DNA of 64,000 nucleotides, taken from assembly GCA_965212075.1 (NCBI GenBank), contig OZ243043.1, forward strand, positions 260,933 to 324,932. The letters are read 5' to 3'. This DNA is from Alphaproteobacteria bacterium (GTDB lineage: Bacteria; Pseudomonadota; Alphaproteobacteria; JAPOUT01; G958296285). Shown here piece by piece: positions 36,609-46,233 of this stretch (the stretch's first letter is position 1; every line of letters starts with the position of its first letter). Both the position numbers and the translations under genes were made by a program. The notes below the pieces were generated by a model. The model searched no databases. It had not been told where the DNA came from and saw only the letters and a list, made by a program, of their open reading frames with translations.

Positions 36609-38250
36609 AAAGCCGTTCTTTGAAAGGCGCATTGCCGACCCGCCGCCATGTCTGCAAGAAGGTTTCCTGATCGCGGCGCAGCGCGCGATAAGTTTCCACG
36701 ATGGTTTCAATCGCGTCAACGATTTCGTCTTCAGTGAAGGCCGGGCCGATAAGCTTGCCGATGGCGGTGTTTTCATCCGCCGAGCCGCCCAGAGTGACCT
36801 GATAATATTCGGTGCCTTTTTTATCAACGCCCAATATGCCGATATGGCCGACATGGTGATGGCCGCAGGCATTCATGCAGCCGGAGATTTTGATTTTCAT
36901 CGCACCGATATCCTCCTGCCGCGCGGGGTCGGCAAAGCGTTTGGCGATATTTTGCGCAATCGGAATGGAGCGCGCATTCGCGAGGTTGCAATAATCAAGT
37001 CCGGGGCAGGTGATCTGGTCGGAGATCAGGCCGATATTCGGCGTGGCGAGGTCGTGCTTTTTGAGCTCCTGCCAGAGCGCGGCGAGGTCTTGTTTGCGGA
37101 CATGGGCGAGGGTCAAGTTTTGTTCATGCGTGACGCGCACTTCACCGAAGCTGAATCGCTCGGCGATGTCGGCGACGGCCTCCATCTGCTCGCTGCTGGC
37201 GTCGCCGGGCGCGATGTCGTGAGTCTTGAGAGAGATATTGACGATCGCATAATTCGGGATTTTATGCGGCGCGGTGTTGATGCGCAAAAACCGATCAAAC
37301 TCCTGATCATCCTGTGAATCATCTTGTTGCGGCATCGGGGCATCGCCGGTTTCGTAAGGCGGCGGGGCGAAATAGGCGCGAATGCGCTGCTCTTCTTCTT
37401 CGGGCAAGCGGAGCTTTGTTTTGTCGCGGATTCCGGCAAAGGCTTCGGCGACTTGTTTGCGCATCTCTTCCGCGCCGATCGCATGGACAAGAATTTTGAT
37501 CCGCGCTTTGAACAGATTGTCGCGCCGCCCATGGCGATTATAAACGCGCATGATCGCTTCAAGATAGGGCAGAAGGTCGACTTTGGAAACAAAAAGCGAC
37601 ATCTCCTGCGCGACCATCGGGGTGCGGCCTTGTCCGCCTCCGGCATAAACAGCAAAGCCGACTTCGCCTTGATCGCTCTTGACGATGCGAATGCCGATAT
37701 CATGCGCCAAGATCGCCGCGCGATCATGCGCGCAGCCGGTGACGGCGATTTTGAATTTGCGCGGCAGAAAAGAAAATTCCGGATGAAAGGTGGACCATTG
37801 GCGGATGATCTCCGCCCAGATGCGCGGATCTTCCACTTCGTCTGCGGCGACGCCGGCATAATGGTCGGCGGTGACGTTGCGGATGCAATTGCCGCTGGTC
37901 TGGATGCAGTGCATCTCCACTTCGGCGAGCGCTTCCAATATAGCGGGGACGTCTTTAAGCTTGGGCCAGTTGAGCTGGATGTTTTGCCGCGTCGTGAAAT
38001 GGCCATAGCCGCGATCATATTTGCGCGCGATCATCGCAAGCTGCCGCATTTGCTGCGCGGAGAGCGTCCCATAAGGCACGGCGATCCGCAGCATATAAGC
38101 GTGAAGCTGGAGATAGAGTCCGTTCATCAAGCGCAAAGGTTTGAACTGATCATCGCTCAGCTCGCCGCGCAGACGGCGCGCGACTTGGCCGCGAAATTGC
38201 TCAATCCGCTCTTTGACGATCTGGTGATCAAATTCATCATAGCGATACAT
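36595..38250 (-). CDS. cysI: nitrite/sulfite reductase hemoprotein (CysI-type)
   Basis: Ferredoxin-like half-domains and the siroheme Cys cluster region (TGCAHDRA...ISGCMNACGHH). Confidence 0.85.
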   Translation of the reverse strand: MYRYDEFDHQIVKERIEQFRGQVARRLRGELSDDQFKPLRLMNGLYLQLHAYMLRIAVPYGTLSAQQMRQLAMIARKYDRGYGHFTTRQNIQLNWPKLKDVPAILEALAEVEMHCIQTSGNCIRNVTADHYAGVAADEVEDPRIWAEIIRQWSTFHPEFSFLPRKFKIAVTGCAHDRAAILAHDIGIRIVKSDQGEVGFAVYAGGGQGRTPMVAQEMSLFVSKVDLLPYLEAIMRVYNRHGRRDNLFKARIKILVHAIGAEEMRKQVAEAFAGIRDKTKLRLPEEEEQRIRAYFAPPPYETGDAPMPQQDDSQDDQEFDRFLRINTAPHKIPNYAIVNISLKTHDIAPGDASSEQMEAVADIAERFSFGEVRVTHEQNLTLAHVRKQDLAALWQELKKHDLATPNIGLISDQITCPGLDYCNLANARSIPIAQNIAKRFADPARQEDIGAMKIKISGCMNACGHHHVGHIGILGVDKKGTEYYQVTLGGSADENTAIGKLIGPAFTEDEIVDAIETIVETYRALRRDQETFLQTWRRVGNAPFKERLYAAS

Positions 38251-38272
38251 TTTATGATCCTCTTATGATTCT

Positions 38273-38593
38273 CTATTTTCCTTCAGCCTGTTTGCCGAGG
38301 TCAAGCCGGACGGTCGGGCCTTTGGCGCGGATGCGCTCGCGTTCGCTGACAGGCTGCGGCGTGTTCTGATCGGCGGTCACCTCAAACAGATAAGGCTCCA
38401 CGACGACCCGCTTGGCTGCGCTGGTCTCGCCTTTTGCGAGCAAAGTCTGCGCTGCTGCTTCATCACCGAAGGCGGCGTCTTTGATCGACTCCGACCATTC
38501 TCCCGATGATGACAGATAGACCACCACGCCGTCAATCAGCCGGTTGGCCGTTAATGCCTGTAAGGCGGCTTTTTTTCGCGTGTGCTGTGCCAT
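38273..38593 (-). CDS. DUF2849 protein (upstream partner of sulfite reductase)
   Basis: 106 aa in the position conserved in alphaproteobacterial cysI operons. From memory. Confidence 0.5.
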   Translation of the reverse strand: MAQHTRKKAALQALTANRLIDGVVVYLSSSGEWSESIKDAAFGDEAAAQTLLAKGETSAAKRVVVEPYLFEVTADQNTPQPVSERERIRAKGPTVRLDLGKQAEGK

Positions 38594-38673
38594 AAATTTT
38601 TGCCCAGATGAAGATATCCTCGGTTGACAGCGCGGCGATATGATCCCATCTCCACTCTATCTGCCGGAGAAAG

Positions 38674-38701
38674 CATCGGGAGATCCCCCTATCTCCCGAT
38701 G
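38674..38701. promoter_or_regulatory. perfect 11-bp-arm inverted repeat CATCGGGAGAT-cccccT-ATCTCCCGATG upstream of GTA g1, candidate operator
   Basis: Read directly. A partial third copy (GATCCCCTAACTATCT) follows. It lies about 35 nt upstream of the first GTA gene and has no T-run, so it is unlikely to be a terminator. Confidence 0.5.
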
Positions 38702-38736
38702 CGATCCCCTAACTATCTGCATATTTTAATTGCTTT

Positions 38737-39042
38737 GTGTTGTCAAACTTCAGCGATCAGGCGCATTTATACGACCTTTTGGCGCGCATTCATGCCCTGA
38801 TGGAAAGATATTTTGACGCGCTTGAAAACAATCTCGCACATAAGGATTATCGCTTCGAGCAGCGCGAGCGCGACGCCCGTGTGTTTAGCACACTCGCGCG
38901 CACTTTGGAAAAATTAACTCACGTTGAACAGCTTATCACAGAACCGCCGCGCGCCGCAGACAGCGACGCCGAAACGCGAAAACGTCTTGAGCAGAGACTG
39001 GCTCGGCTCATTGACATCCCAACAGAGAGAGAAGTTTCTTAA
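38737..39042 (+). CDS. GTA g1-like small helical protein (putative small terminase)
   Basis: 101-aa ORF directly upstream of, and overlapping, the large-terminase start region. Confidence 0.4.
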   Translation: MLSNFSDQAHLYDLLARIHALMERYFDALENNLAHKDYRFEQRERDARVFSTLARTLEKLTHVEQLITEPPRAADSDAETRKRLEQRLARLIDIPTEREVS

Positions 39043-40318
39043 CAGCCTCAATCATGAAGAAGCACAATGGATCATGGCTTACTGGCCGCTCTGGGCGCGC
39101 GCAGACCAGCTCCCGCCTGAGCGGCGGCGGCACACGCACTGGACGAGCTGGCTCATCCTCGGCGGACGCGGCGCAGGCAAAACCCGCGCCGGCGCCGAAT
39201 GGATCCGCGCCGCGGCCACAAAAAATTTCGCGGGTCAAGCCTCATCCGGACCATTGCGTATCGCACTCGTCGGCGAAACATATCTGGCGGCGCGCGCCGT
39301 TATGGTGGAAGGCGAAAGCGGATTGTTGAACATTGGCAGTGAAAAGACGCGGCCTGCGTTCCAGCCATCGCGGCGGCAGCTGCGCTGGCCAAGCGGCGCG
39401 ATCGCTGAATTGTTTTCCGCTGAAGACCCCGAAGCTCTGCGCGGGCCGCAATTTCATTTTGCGTGGTGCGATGAGCTCTGCAAATGGCGCTATGCCGATG
39501 AAACATGGAATATGCTGCAATTTGCCTTGAGGCTTGGTGAACGGCCTCAGCAGGTCATCACGACGACGCCGCGCACGATGCCTTTGCTCAAAAAACTGAT
39601 GGCCGCGCCCGACACCGTCATCACCCATGCGACGACCTATGCCAATCGCGGCAACCTCGCGCCGTCATTTTTTGACTCGATCATTCGCAACTATGAAGGC
39701 ACGCGGCTTGGCCGACAGGAACTTGATGCGGAGCTGATGGAAGATGATCCCGATGCTCTCTGGACACGAGAAATGATCGAGCGCAGCCGCTGTGCGGCGG
39801 CGCCGTCAGATTTGGCGCGCATCATTGTCGCTGTTGATCCGCCGGTGACCGGCACGAAAACCTCAGACGAATGCGGGATCATCGTCGCCGCTTTGGATGA
39901 GGCGCAAAAAGAGATTTATGTACTCGCCGATCATTCGGCAGGCGATCTGTCGCCGACCCAATGGGCCGAGCGCGCGGTGCGCGCTTTGCGCATGCACAAA
40001 GCCGACCGCATTGTTGCTGAGGTGAATCAAGGCGGTGATATGGTTGAGACGATCATCCGGCAGATTGCGCCCTCGGTGCCATTTCGCGCGGTGCGCGCGA
40101 GCCGCAGCAAGCGCCTGCGCGCCGAGCCCGTCGCCGCGCTTTACGAACAAAGGCGGGTTTATCATGTTGGCGCTTTGCCGCAGCTTGAAGATCAAATGTG
40201 CTCTTTTACCGGCAGCGGCAATGCGCCCAGCCCCGATCGCTTGGATGCGCTCGTCTGGGCGATCACCGATTTAATGTTCAGCGGCGCGAGCGGCCTCGCG
40301 CGCATGAGACGGCTTTAA
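38924..40318 (+). CDS. GTA large terminase
   Basis: FLNSLNHEEAQW...WARADQLPP N-terminus and Walker A (GGRGAGKTRAGAEW). Start (TTG at 38924) is uncertain. Confidence 0.8.
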   Translation: MNSLSQNRRAPQTATPKRENVLSRDWLGSLTSQQREKFLNSLNHEEAQWIMAYWPLWARADQLPPERRRHTHWTSWLILGGRGAGKTRAGAEWIRAAATKNFAGQASSGPLRIALVGETYLAARAVMVEGESGLLNIGSEKTRPAFQPSRRQLRWPSGAIAELFSAEDPEALRGPQFHFAWCDELCKWRYADETWNMLQFALRLGERPQQVITTTPRTMPLLKKLMAAPDTVITHATTYANRGNLAPSFFDSIIRNYEGTRLGRQELDAELMEDDPDALWTREMIERSRCAAAPSDLARIIVAVDPPVTGTKTSDECGIIVAALDEAQKEIYVLADHSAGDLSPTQWAERAVRALRMHKADRIVAEVNQGGDMVETIIRQIAPSVPFRAVRASRSKRLRAEPVAALYEQRRVYHVGALPQLEDQMCSFTGSGNAPSPDRLDALVWAITDLMFSGASGLARMRRL

Positions 40319-40336
40319 AAATTTCGCCAAAACAGC

Positions 40337-41566
40337 TTGAAGGATAAACCTATGAAACTTTGGCCATTCAACACCGCGCCCGAGAAAAAAACCGGACGCG
40401 GCGAGCGCCTTGTCGCGCTGCATATGCAGGGACGGCCTGTCTGGACGCCGCGCAACATCGAGTCTTTGGCGCGCGAGGGCTTCATCCGCAATGCGATCGT
40501 CTATCGCTGCGTGCGCATGATCGCCGAAGCGGCGGCCCATATCCCTTGGCTGCTCTACGACAATAAAGTCGAGATGCACGAACATCCGATGTTGGAGCTG
40601 CTCCACCATCCCAATAGCGGCCAGAGCGGCATTGATCTGATGGAAAGCTGGTATGGCCATTTGCAGCTCTCGGGCAATGGCTATTTGGAGATCGTCGATA
40701 TTGGCGCCGCGCGGCGCGAGCTTCATGTGCTGCGTCCGGATCGGATGCGGGTCGTGCCTGACAAAAGAGGCTGGCCGTCCGGCTATGAATATCGCGTCGG
40801 TGGGCGGCGAATGATCTATCCGGGGCGCGATGCCAAAAACCTCGCGCCGATTTTGCATATGCGTCTTTTCCACCCGATCAATGATTATTACGGCATGAGC
40901 CCGATTGAAGCCGCCGCCTATGGCATCGACATTCATAATGCGGCCGGCAGCTGGAGCAAAGCCCTGTTGGATAATTCGGCGCGGCCTTCGGGCGCGCTTG
41001 TTTATAAAGGGCCTGACGGCGCGCCGAACCTGACGCAGGATCAGTTTGCGCGCCTGAAGCGCGAATTGGAGGAAAATTACGAGGGCGCAAACAATGCTGG
41101 CCGGCCTTTATTATTGGAAGGCGGACTTGAATGGGCGTCTATGGGCCATTCGCCGCGCGATATGGATTTCATTGACACGAAGCATGTGGCCGCGCGCGAG
41201 ATTGCACTCGCCTTTGGCGTGCCGCCAATGTTGCTGGGCATCCCCGGAGATAATACCTTCGCCAATTACGCTGAGGCCAATCGGACTTTCTGGCGGCAGA
41301 CGATTTTGCCTCTGGTCACGCGCACCGCCGCAACTTTGACGCAATGGCTCACCCCGCGTTTTGGCCGCTCTTTGCGCCTGTCGTTTGACAGCGACCGGAT
41401 CGATGCGCTTGCCAGTGAACGTGAGTCTTTGTGGAAGCGCATTGCGGATTCGGATTTCTTGACGATCAACGAAAAGCGCGCTGCGATGGGCTATGAGCCG
41501 ATCACGGGCGGAGACGCGCTCGGCAGCATGAGCGCTTCGGGCGCGCGCAATCCATCACAGATATAA
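40337..41566 (+). CDS. GTA portal protein (HK97 family)
   Basis: Length and conserved blocks (GNGYLEIV...MSPIEAAAYGIDIHNAAG). Confidence 0.8.
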   Translation: MKDKPMKLWPFNTAPEKKTGRGERLVALHMQGRPVWTPRNIESLAREGFIRNAIVYRCVRMIAEAAAHIPWLLYDNKVEMHEHPMLELLHHPNSGQSGIDLMESWYGHLQLSGNGYLEIVDIGAARRELHVLRPDRMRVVPDKRGWPSGYEYRVGGRRMIYPGRDAKNLAPILHMRLFHPINDYYGMSPIEAAAYGIDIHNAAGSWSKALLDNSARPSGALVYKGPDGAPNLTQDQFARLKRELEENYEGANNAGRPLLLEGGLEWASMGHSPRDMDFIDTKHVAAREIALAFGVPPMLLGIPGDNTFANYAEANRTFWRQTILPLVTRTAATLTQWLTPRFGRSLRLSFDSDRIDALASERESLWKRIADSDFLTINEKRAAMGYEPITGGDALGSMSASGARNPSQI

Positions 41567-41593
41567 AAAACAAATATAGCCAATAGATATAAA

Positions 41594-41881
41594 ATGAGTT
41601 TAACCGAACAAAAATGGAATCTAGATCGCCGCGTGCCGCTGGTTTTTATCTTGGCGCTGATCGTGCAAAGCGGCGCAGCACTTCTCTGGGTCGGGCAGAT
41701 CACGCAGCGCATCAATCATATAGAACAGGCCACCGGCTTCGCCGCTGATATTGGCGAGCGCATCGTTCGCCTTGAGGCCAACACTTCTTTTATGCGCGCG
41801 ACCCTCCAGCGTGTGGAGCGCAAAATTGACCTGCTGCACGCACAAAAAAATGCCGCCAGACACCGCGGAGGCGGAGAATAA
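41594..41881 (+). CDS. GTA g3.5-like small membrane protein
   Basis: 95 aa, one TM, lying between portal and protease as in RcGTA. Confidence 0.5.
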   Translation: MSLTEQKWNLDRRVPLVFILALIVQSGAALLWVGQITQRINHIEQATGFAADIGERIVRLEANTSFMRATLQRVERKIDLLHAQKNAARHRGGGE

Positions 41882-42463
41882 ATGAATCTTGATTTTTCCC
41901 GCTCAGGCCGGTTTCGCGGCTATGCGAGCATTTTTAACAGCCCCGATCTGGCGCATGATGTGATTATGCCGGGCGCGTTTGCGCGCTCGCTGCACCGCCG
42001 CGGCACGAAGCGCGTGCGCATGCTCTACCAGCATGAGGCCGCGCAGCCGATCGGCATCTGGCACGAACTCAAAGAAGATGGGCAGGGCCTTTTGGTTGAA
42101 GGCTCTTTGCTGCTTGATGTTGAGCGCGCGCATGATGTCTGGAAGCTCATCGGTGCCGGCGCGATTGACGGCCTGTCCATCGGCTTTCGCACGATTCGCT
42201 CCGGCACGGCGCGGCAGCATGGTGTGCGCGTCGTCCATGAAATTGACCTTGTTGAAATTTCCATCGTCACATTCCCGATGCACCCGCAGGCGCGCGTGAG
42301 CCGCCTCGGAGCAATTACGCCGATTCCACAAAATTTACCTTCACAAAACTTAATGGCACAAAACTTAATGGCACAAAACTTAATGGCACAAAACTTAATG
42401 GCACAAAACTTAATGGCACAAAAATTACGCGATGCGGCGAAACATATTTCACCGCATTTTTAA
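41882..42463 (+). CDS. GTA prohead protease (HK97 family) with C-terminal (QNLMA)5 repeat tail
   Basis: HK97 protease blocks (FRGYASIFN...DLAHDVIMPGAF; AIDGLSIGF) and a 25-aa C-terminal repeat. Confidence 0.8.
   Translation: MNLDFSRSGRFRGYASIFNSPDLAHDVIMPGAFARSLHRRGTKRVRMLYQHEAAQPIGIWHELKEDGQGLLVEGSLLLDVERAHDVWKLIGAGAIDGLSIGFRTIRSGTARQHGVRVVHEIDLVEISIVTFPMHPQARVSRLGAITPIPQNLPSQNLMAQNLMAQNLMAQNLMAQNLMAQKLRDAAKHISPHF
42327..42431 (+). repeat. 15-bp tandem repeat CACAAAACTTAATGG x5 (plus degenerate flanks), coding (QNLMA)n
   Basis: Five perfect copies at 42342-42416. The repeat is AT-rich in a GC-rich gene and lies at the 3' end of the protease ORF, upstream of the capsid RBS. Confidence 0.9.
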
Positions 42464-42494
42464 CCCCCACCGGAAACTAACAAAGGAGACCCTT

Positions 42495-43787
42495 ATGAAT
42501 TCCGAAACCCCCAACCATGAAATCAAGGCGCTCGGCGCTGACGGCCATGATGCCCATGAAGTCCGCCACGCGCTCAACGAGCTGATGCGCGCATTTGAAG
42601 CCTTCAAAGAGGCCAATAATGATCGCCTCGCCCAGATTGATCGCCGCCTGAGCGCCGACGTCGTCACCGAAGATAAAATCCACCGTCTCAATGAGACGAT
42701 GGACACGCATCAAAAAATGCTCGACGATTTCGCGATCGCACAGCAGCGCCCGGCGCTGGACAGCTATGTCGGCTCCGCCGAGCGTGAGCACAAAGCCGCG
42801 TTTGACTCTTATCTGCGCAAAGGCATCACCAGCGGCCTCGACAGCTTTGAGAGCAAAGCGCTGTCGACAGCAACAGACTCGGCAGGCGGATATGTCGTGC
42901 CTGAAACGGTGATGCTCGCTGTCACCGATCGTCTCGCGAGCGCATCGCCTTTTCGCCGCCTCGCGACCGTCCAGCAAGTCTCGACGACATCGTTCAAGAA
43001 AGTGCTTACGGCCTCAGGCCCGGACGTCCGATGGGCAATGTCAGAAAGCAATGATGGCACGATCGGAAACCCAGATGGCAGTTTTGCTGAACGCGCCTTC
43101 AACTTCGGGCGGCTGGTCGCCACACCTGTCGCGACGCAAAGCCTGCTTGATGACAGCGCCATTGATCTCGAAAAATGGCTCGCCGACGAAATCTATATCG
43201 GCTTTGCTGAAAAAGAAGCCGAAGCTTTTGTCAAAGGCGATTCCAGCCCGCCTTCGCCGAAGGGCTTTTTGCAGGAGGCCATTGCTGCGCAGGGTGATTC
43301 TCTCACCAATAGCCAGATCGGCTATATTCCGACTGGCAAAAGCGCGGATTGGCCTCTAGATGGCGCCGACGGCGGCGGCAGAATGGCCAAATTGCTTGAA
43401 GTGGTCTATGCGCTCAAAGCGGCTTATCGCACGCAGGCGAGCTGGCTCATGAACAAGACGAGCATTGCCGTCGTGCGCAGCTGGACGGATGCCGAGGGCA
43501 ACGCGCTCTGGCAGCCGCCAACCCAGCTCGGCGCGTCTGCGACTTTGCTGGACTATCCGGTTGCTGAAGTTGAGGATATGCCCAACAAGAATACGTCCGG
43601 CCTTGCTTACCCGCTGGCCTTCGGCAATTGGCAGCGCGGCTATCTGATCGCTGATCGCATGGATATGCGCATCTTGCGCGATCCTTATTCCAGCAAGCCG
43701 AATGTGGTGTTCTATACGACGAAGACCCTCGGCGGCGGCGTGATGGAGCACAGCGCGATCAAACTGCTCAAATGTTCGGTTAACTAA
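42495..43787 (+). CDS. GTA major capsid protein (HK97 family)
   Basis: Start moved to MNSETPNHEIK, 7 nt after an AAGGAG RBS. Conserved capsid blocks throughout. Confidence 0.8.
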   Translation: MNSETPNHEIKALGADGHDAHEVRHALNELMRAFEAFKEANNDRLAQIDRRLSADVVTEDKIHRLNETMDTHQKMLDDFAIAQQRPALDSYVGSAEREHKAAFDSYLRKGITSGLDSFESKALSTATDSAGGYVVPETVMLAVTDRLASASPFRRLATVQQVSTTSFKKVLTASGPDVRWAMSESNDGTIGNPDGSFAERAFNFGRLVATPVATQSLLDDSAIDLEKWLADEIYIGFAEKEAEAFVKGDSSPPSPKGFLQEAIAAQGDSLTNSQIGYIPTGKSADWPLDGADGGGRMAKLLEVVYALKAAYRTQASWLMNKTSIAVVRSWTDAEGNALWQPPTQLGASATLLDYPVAEVEDMPNKNTSGLAYPLAFGNWQRGYLIADRMDMRILRDPYSSKPNVVFYTTKTLGGGVMEHSAIKLLKCSVN

Positions 43788-43866
43788 CCACAAGTGAACA
43801 AAATGCCCGTCCGTTTTACTGCGGGCGGGCATTTAACTTGAGCATTTAACGGGAAAAATTTTTACG

Positions 43867-44421
43867 ATGTTTCTTTCACTCAAAACCGGACCGGCCATTG
43901 AGCCGGTGAGCCTTGCTGAAGCCAAAGCGCATCTGCGCATGGATGGCACCGATGAAGACGGGCTGATCAATTCGCTGATCACCGCCGCGCGCCTGATGGT
44001 GGAGGCGCACACGGCGCGCGCACTGATCACACAGGCTTGGCTGCTTCATTTGGACAATACATATTTGGACAGCCCATCAGGATTTTATGAGTTGCCGCTT
44101 CAGCCGGCAAAGGAGATCACCGGCGTCAAAGTTTTCGCCAAAGATGGCGCCGAGACCCCGCTCAGCGCGGAGGATTACATCACCGAAATGCGTGGCGAAA
44201 CGATGAGGGTGAAGCTTCACCGCACCGCGCACCGCGCTGAAGTAGCCTTTGTCGTCGGCTATGGCGACGAGGCGTCAAATGTGCCGGCACCTTTGACGCA
44301 GGCGATTTTGCAGCTGACCGCTAATTGGTTTGAAAATCGCGGCAATGCGTCTTTGATGGGCAGCGCCATGCCTAAGGCGGTTTCGGTTTTGCTCGCTCCT
44401 TATCGCAGTGTGCACTTATGA
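43867..44421 (+). CDS. GTA head-tail connector (gp6-like)
   Basis: Position and size in the GTA order. Confidence 0.6.
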   Translation: MFLSLKTGPAIEPVSLAEAKAHLRMDGTDEDGLINSLITAARLMVEAHTARALITQAWLLHLDNTYLDSPSGFYELPLQPAKEITGVKVFAKDGAETPLSAEDYITEMRGETMRVKLHRTAHRAEVAFVVGYGDEASNVPAPLTQAILQLTANWFENRGNASLMGSAMPKAVSVLLAPYRSVHL

Positions 44422-44756
44422 TCGGTCGCTTGCGGCATCGCTTGACTTTGCAAAGACCGGTTCTCACCGCCGATGGCGCGGGCGGCCAAAACCGCAGCTG
44501 GGAGGAGGCCGCAAAAGTCTGGGCCGATCTGCGCGACATATCGGGCGCGCAAGCCGGATTTGCCGAAGGCCTCGCCGCGACGACGCGCACGCGCATCACC
44601 ATTCGCTGGCGCGCTGATCTGACCGCGGTGATGCGCTTTTCCGACGGCCAGCGAATATTCAATATCATCTCGGTGCTTGACCAGACGGGCGTGAAAAGAT
44701 TCCTCACCTGCATTTGTGAAGAAGATCTGCGCGAACGCGAGGCGGGGGCGCAATGA
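44418..44756 (+). CDS. GTA head-tail adaptor
   Basis: Position and size. 4-nt overlaps on both sides. Confidence 0.6.
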   Translation: MIGRLRHRLTLQRPVLTADGAGGQNRSWEEAAKVWADLRDISGAQAGFAEGLAATTRTRITIRWRADLTAVMRFSDGQRIFNIISVLDQTGVKRFLTCICEEDLREREAGAQ

Positions 44757-45184
44757 AATCTTTATCTTTGGTTTTGCAAAAGGCGCTGCACCAGAAATTG
44801 TCTGCTGCTTTGCGAGAGGGGAATTTGCGCGAGGGTAAAGCGGTGAAGGTCTATGACGGCGCGCCGCCGGAGGCCGCCTTCCCCTATGTGACGATCGGGG
44901 AAGGGCGCGTGCGGATTGAGGCGCTCGATCAGATCAGCCTCTATGATCATCTATGCGATGTGTTTGTTTTCTCACAGCATACAGGCATCAGCGAGACCAA
45001 AGAGATTCTTGAAACCATTTACGATGTGCTCGCAGGAGATGATCCCCTATCTATTGACGGCCATCATCTCACTTTGCTGACGATCACCGAAATGCGATTT
45101 CAATCCATGAGCGATGGAAAAACTTGGCGCGGACAATTAACGTTCCGCGCTCTCACTGAACCCGAAACAAAATCTGCGGCTTAA
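44753..45184 (+). CDS. GTA DUF3168 tail-completion protein
   Basis: Position and size. Confidence 0.55.
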   Translation: MKSLSLVLQKALHQKLSAALREGNLREGKAVKVYDGAPPEAAFPYVTIGEGRVRIEALDQISLYDHLCDVFVFSQHTGISETKEILETIYDVLAGDDPLSIDGHHLTLLTITEMRFQSMSDGKTWRGQLTFRALTEPETKSAA

Positions 45185-45222
45185 CCCAGCCAAAGCAACC
45201 AATTACCTTAAAGGAGAAAAAT

Positions 45223-45660
45223 ATGACTGCTCAAAAAGGCAAAGATATTCTGATCAAGCTGCTTGTGTCGGCGGCGGATGCACAGAACAAAGTCTATTCA
45301 ACGATGGCCGGGCTGCGCGCGCATAACATTTCGCTGAACGCGGCCTCTATAGATGTGTCTCATGCCGCGCAGACGCATCAGTGGCGCGAGCTTTTGGATG
45401 GCGGCGGCATTAAAACGATGAGCGTTTCAGGCGAAGGCGTGTTCCGCGATGACGACGCCGACGACAAAGTGCGCCGCCAATTTGTCGATGGCGCGATCAG
45501 CGAATGGCTGATCCATATTCCGGATTTCTACAATGTGACCGGCAACTTTCAAGTGACCGGTCTGGAATATGCCGGTGAATATGACGGCGAAGTGACGTGG
45601 CGGCTGTCGCTGGAATCAGCCGGCGCGCTGTCATTCGATGCAACTTCCGTATCTGAATAA
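45223..45660 (+). CDS. GTA major tail protein (TP901-1 family)
   Basis: Position and size. Confidence 0.6.
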   Translation: MTAQKGKDILIKLLVSAADAQNKVYSTMAGLRAHNISLNAASIDVSHAAQTHQWRELLDGGGIKTMSVSGEGVFRDDDADDKVRRQFVDGAISEWLIHIPDFYNVTGNFQVTGLEYAGEYDGEVTWRLSLESAGALSFDATSVSE

Positions 45661-46049
45661 TGCATAAGGTTCGCAATCACTGGCGCGGCGACTTGGAGGC
45701 CGTTTTAGGCGATAAGCCCTATCGGCTCTGTTTGACTCTGGGCGCGCTGGCCGAGCTGGAATCTTTGCTGGCGGATGAAGACATCATCGCCTTCACTGAA
45801 AGATTGAGCGAAGGCCGCATTCGCGCGACAGATGTCAAACATGTATTTGCCTGCGCGCTGCGCGGCGGCGGCCATGAGATCAGCGATGACGAGGTCGCGT
45901 CTTTGATGCCCGCAGGCGGACTCAGCGAAGCGATTCAAATCGTCGGACAGTTGATTTCTTTATCTTTTGGTGGTGCGGCCACAGGTGGAGACGAGGCCAC
46001 CTCGGTGGGAAAGCCCGCGCCGAAAGCGCCTTCCCGTGGTCGCGCATGA
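45660..46049 (+). CDS. GTA tail assembly chaperone (g10)
   Basis: Position and size. Confidence 0.55.
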   Translation: MHKVRNHWRGDLEAVLGDKPYRLCLTLGALAELESLLADEDIIAFTERLSEGRIRATDVKHVFACALRGGGHEISDDEVASLMPAGGLSEAIQIVGQLISLSFGGAATGGDEATSVGKPAPKAPSRGRA

Positions 46050-46225
46050 TGGCTTTGGGGCTGGGCACATGCAGGCTCGCGCCGAAAGACTTTTGGGCGA
46101 TGACCGCATTTGAATTTTTGACCGCAGCAGGGCTAGTGCATCAAGGCGGTGCGCCCTTCACGCGCGCAAAACTTGAACAGATGATAAAAGATCATCCTGA
46201 TATGAAGCCATATACGAAGCGATAG
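46046..46225 (+). CDS. GTA g10.1-like small protein (TIGR02216-like), 59 aa, absent from the ORF track
   Basis: Found by reading. Its ATG overlaps the g10 stop as ATGA. Translation: MMALGLGTCRLAPKDFWAMTAFEFLTAAGLVHQGGAPFTRAKLEQMIKDHPDMKPYTKR. It ends 8 nt before the TMP start. Confidence 0.5.
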   Translation: MMALGLGTCRLAPKDFWAMTAFEFLTAAGLVHQGGAPFTRAKLEQMIKDHPDMKPYTKR

Positions 46226-46233
46226 GAGAAAAT

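Noticed and set aside
36609-36872. About 90-codon N-terminal extension of the DUF934 ORF
   Set aside because: It overlaps the 3' end of cysI in another frame and is basic and low-complexity. The family-typical MPLLK start lies at 36608.
37113-38018. 301-aa ORF, and other long antisense or alternate-frame ORFs inside cysI, ppdK, glyS, PilL/PilN and ccmF (for example 28843..29847, 29616..30410, 62267..63061)
   Set aside because: They lie wholly inside well-supported genes and have low-complexity Arg/Ala/Pro-rich translations typical of GC-rich off-frames.
42327-42431. Considered whether the 15-bp repeats could be a CRISPR array or iterons
   Set aside because: The repeats are contiguous with no spacers, lie in-frame within the protease ORF, and have no cas genes nearby.
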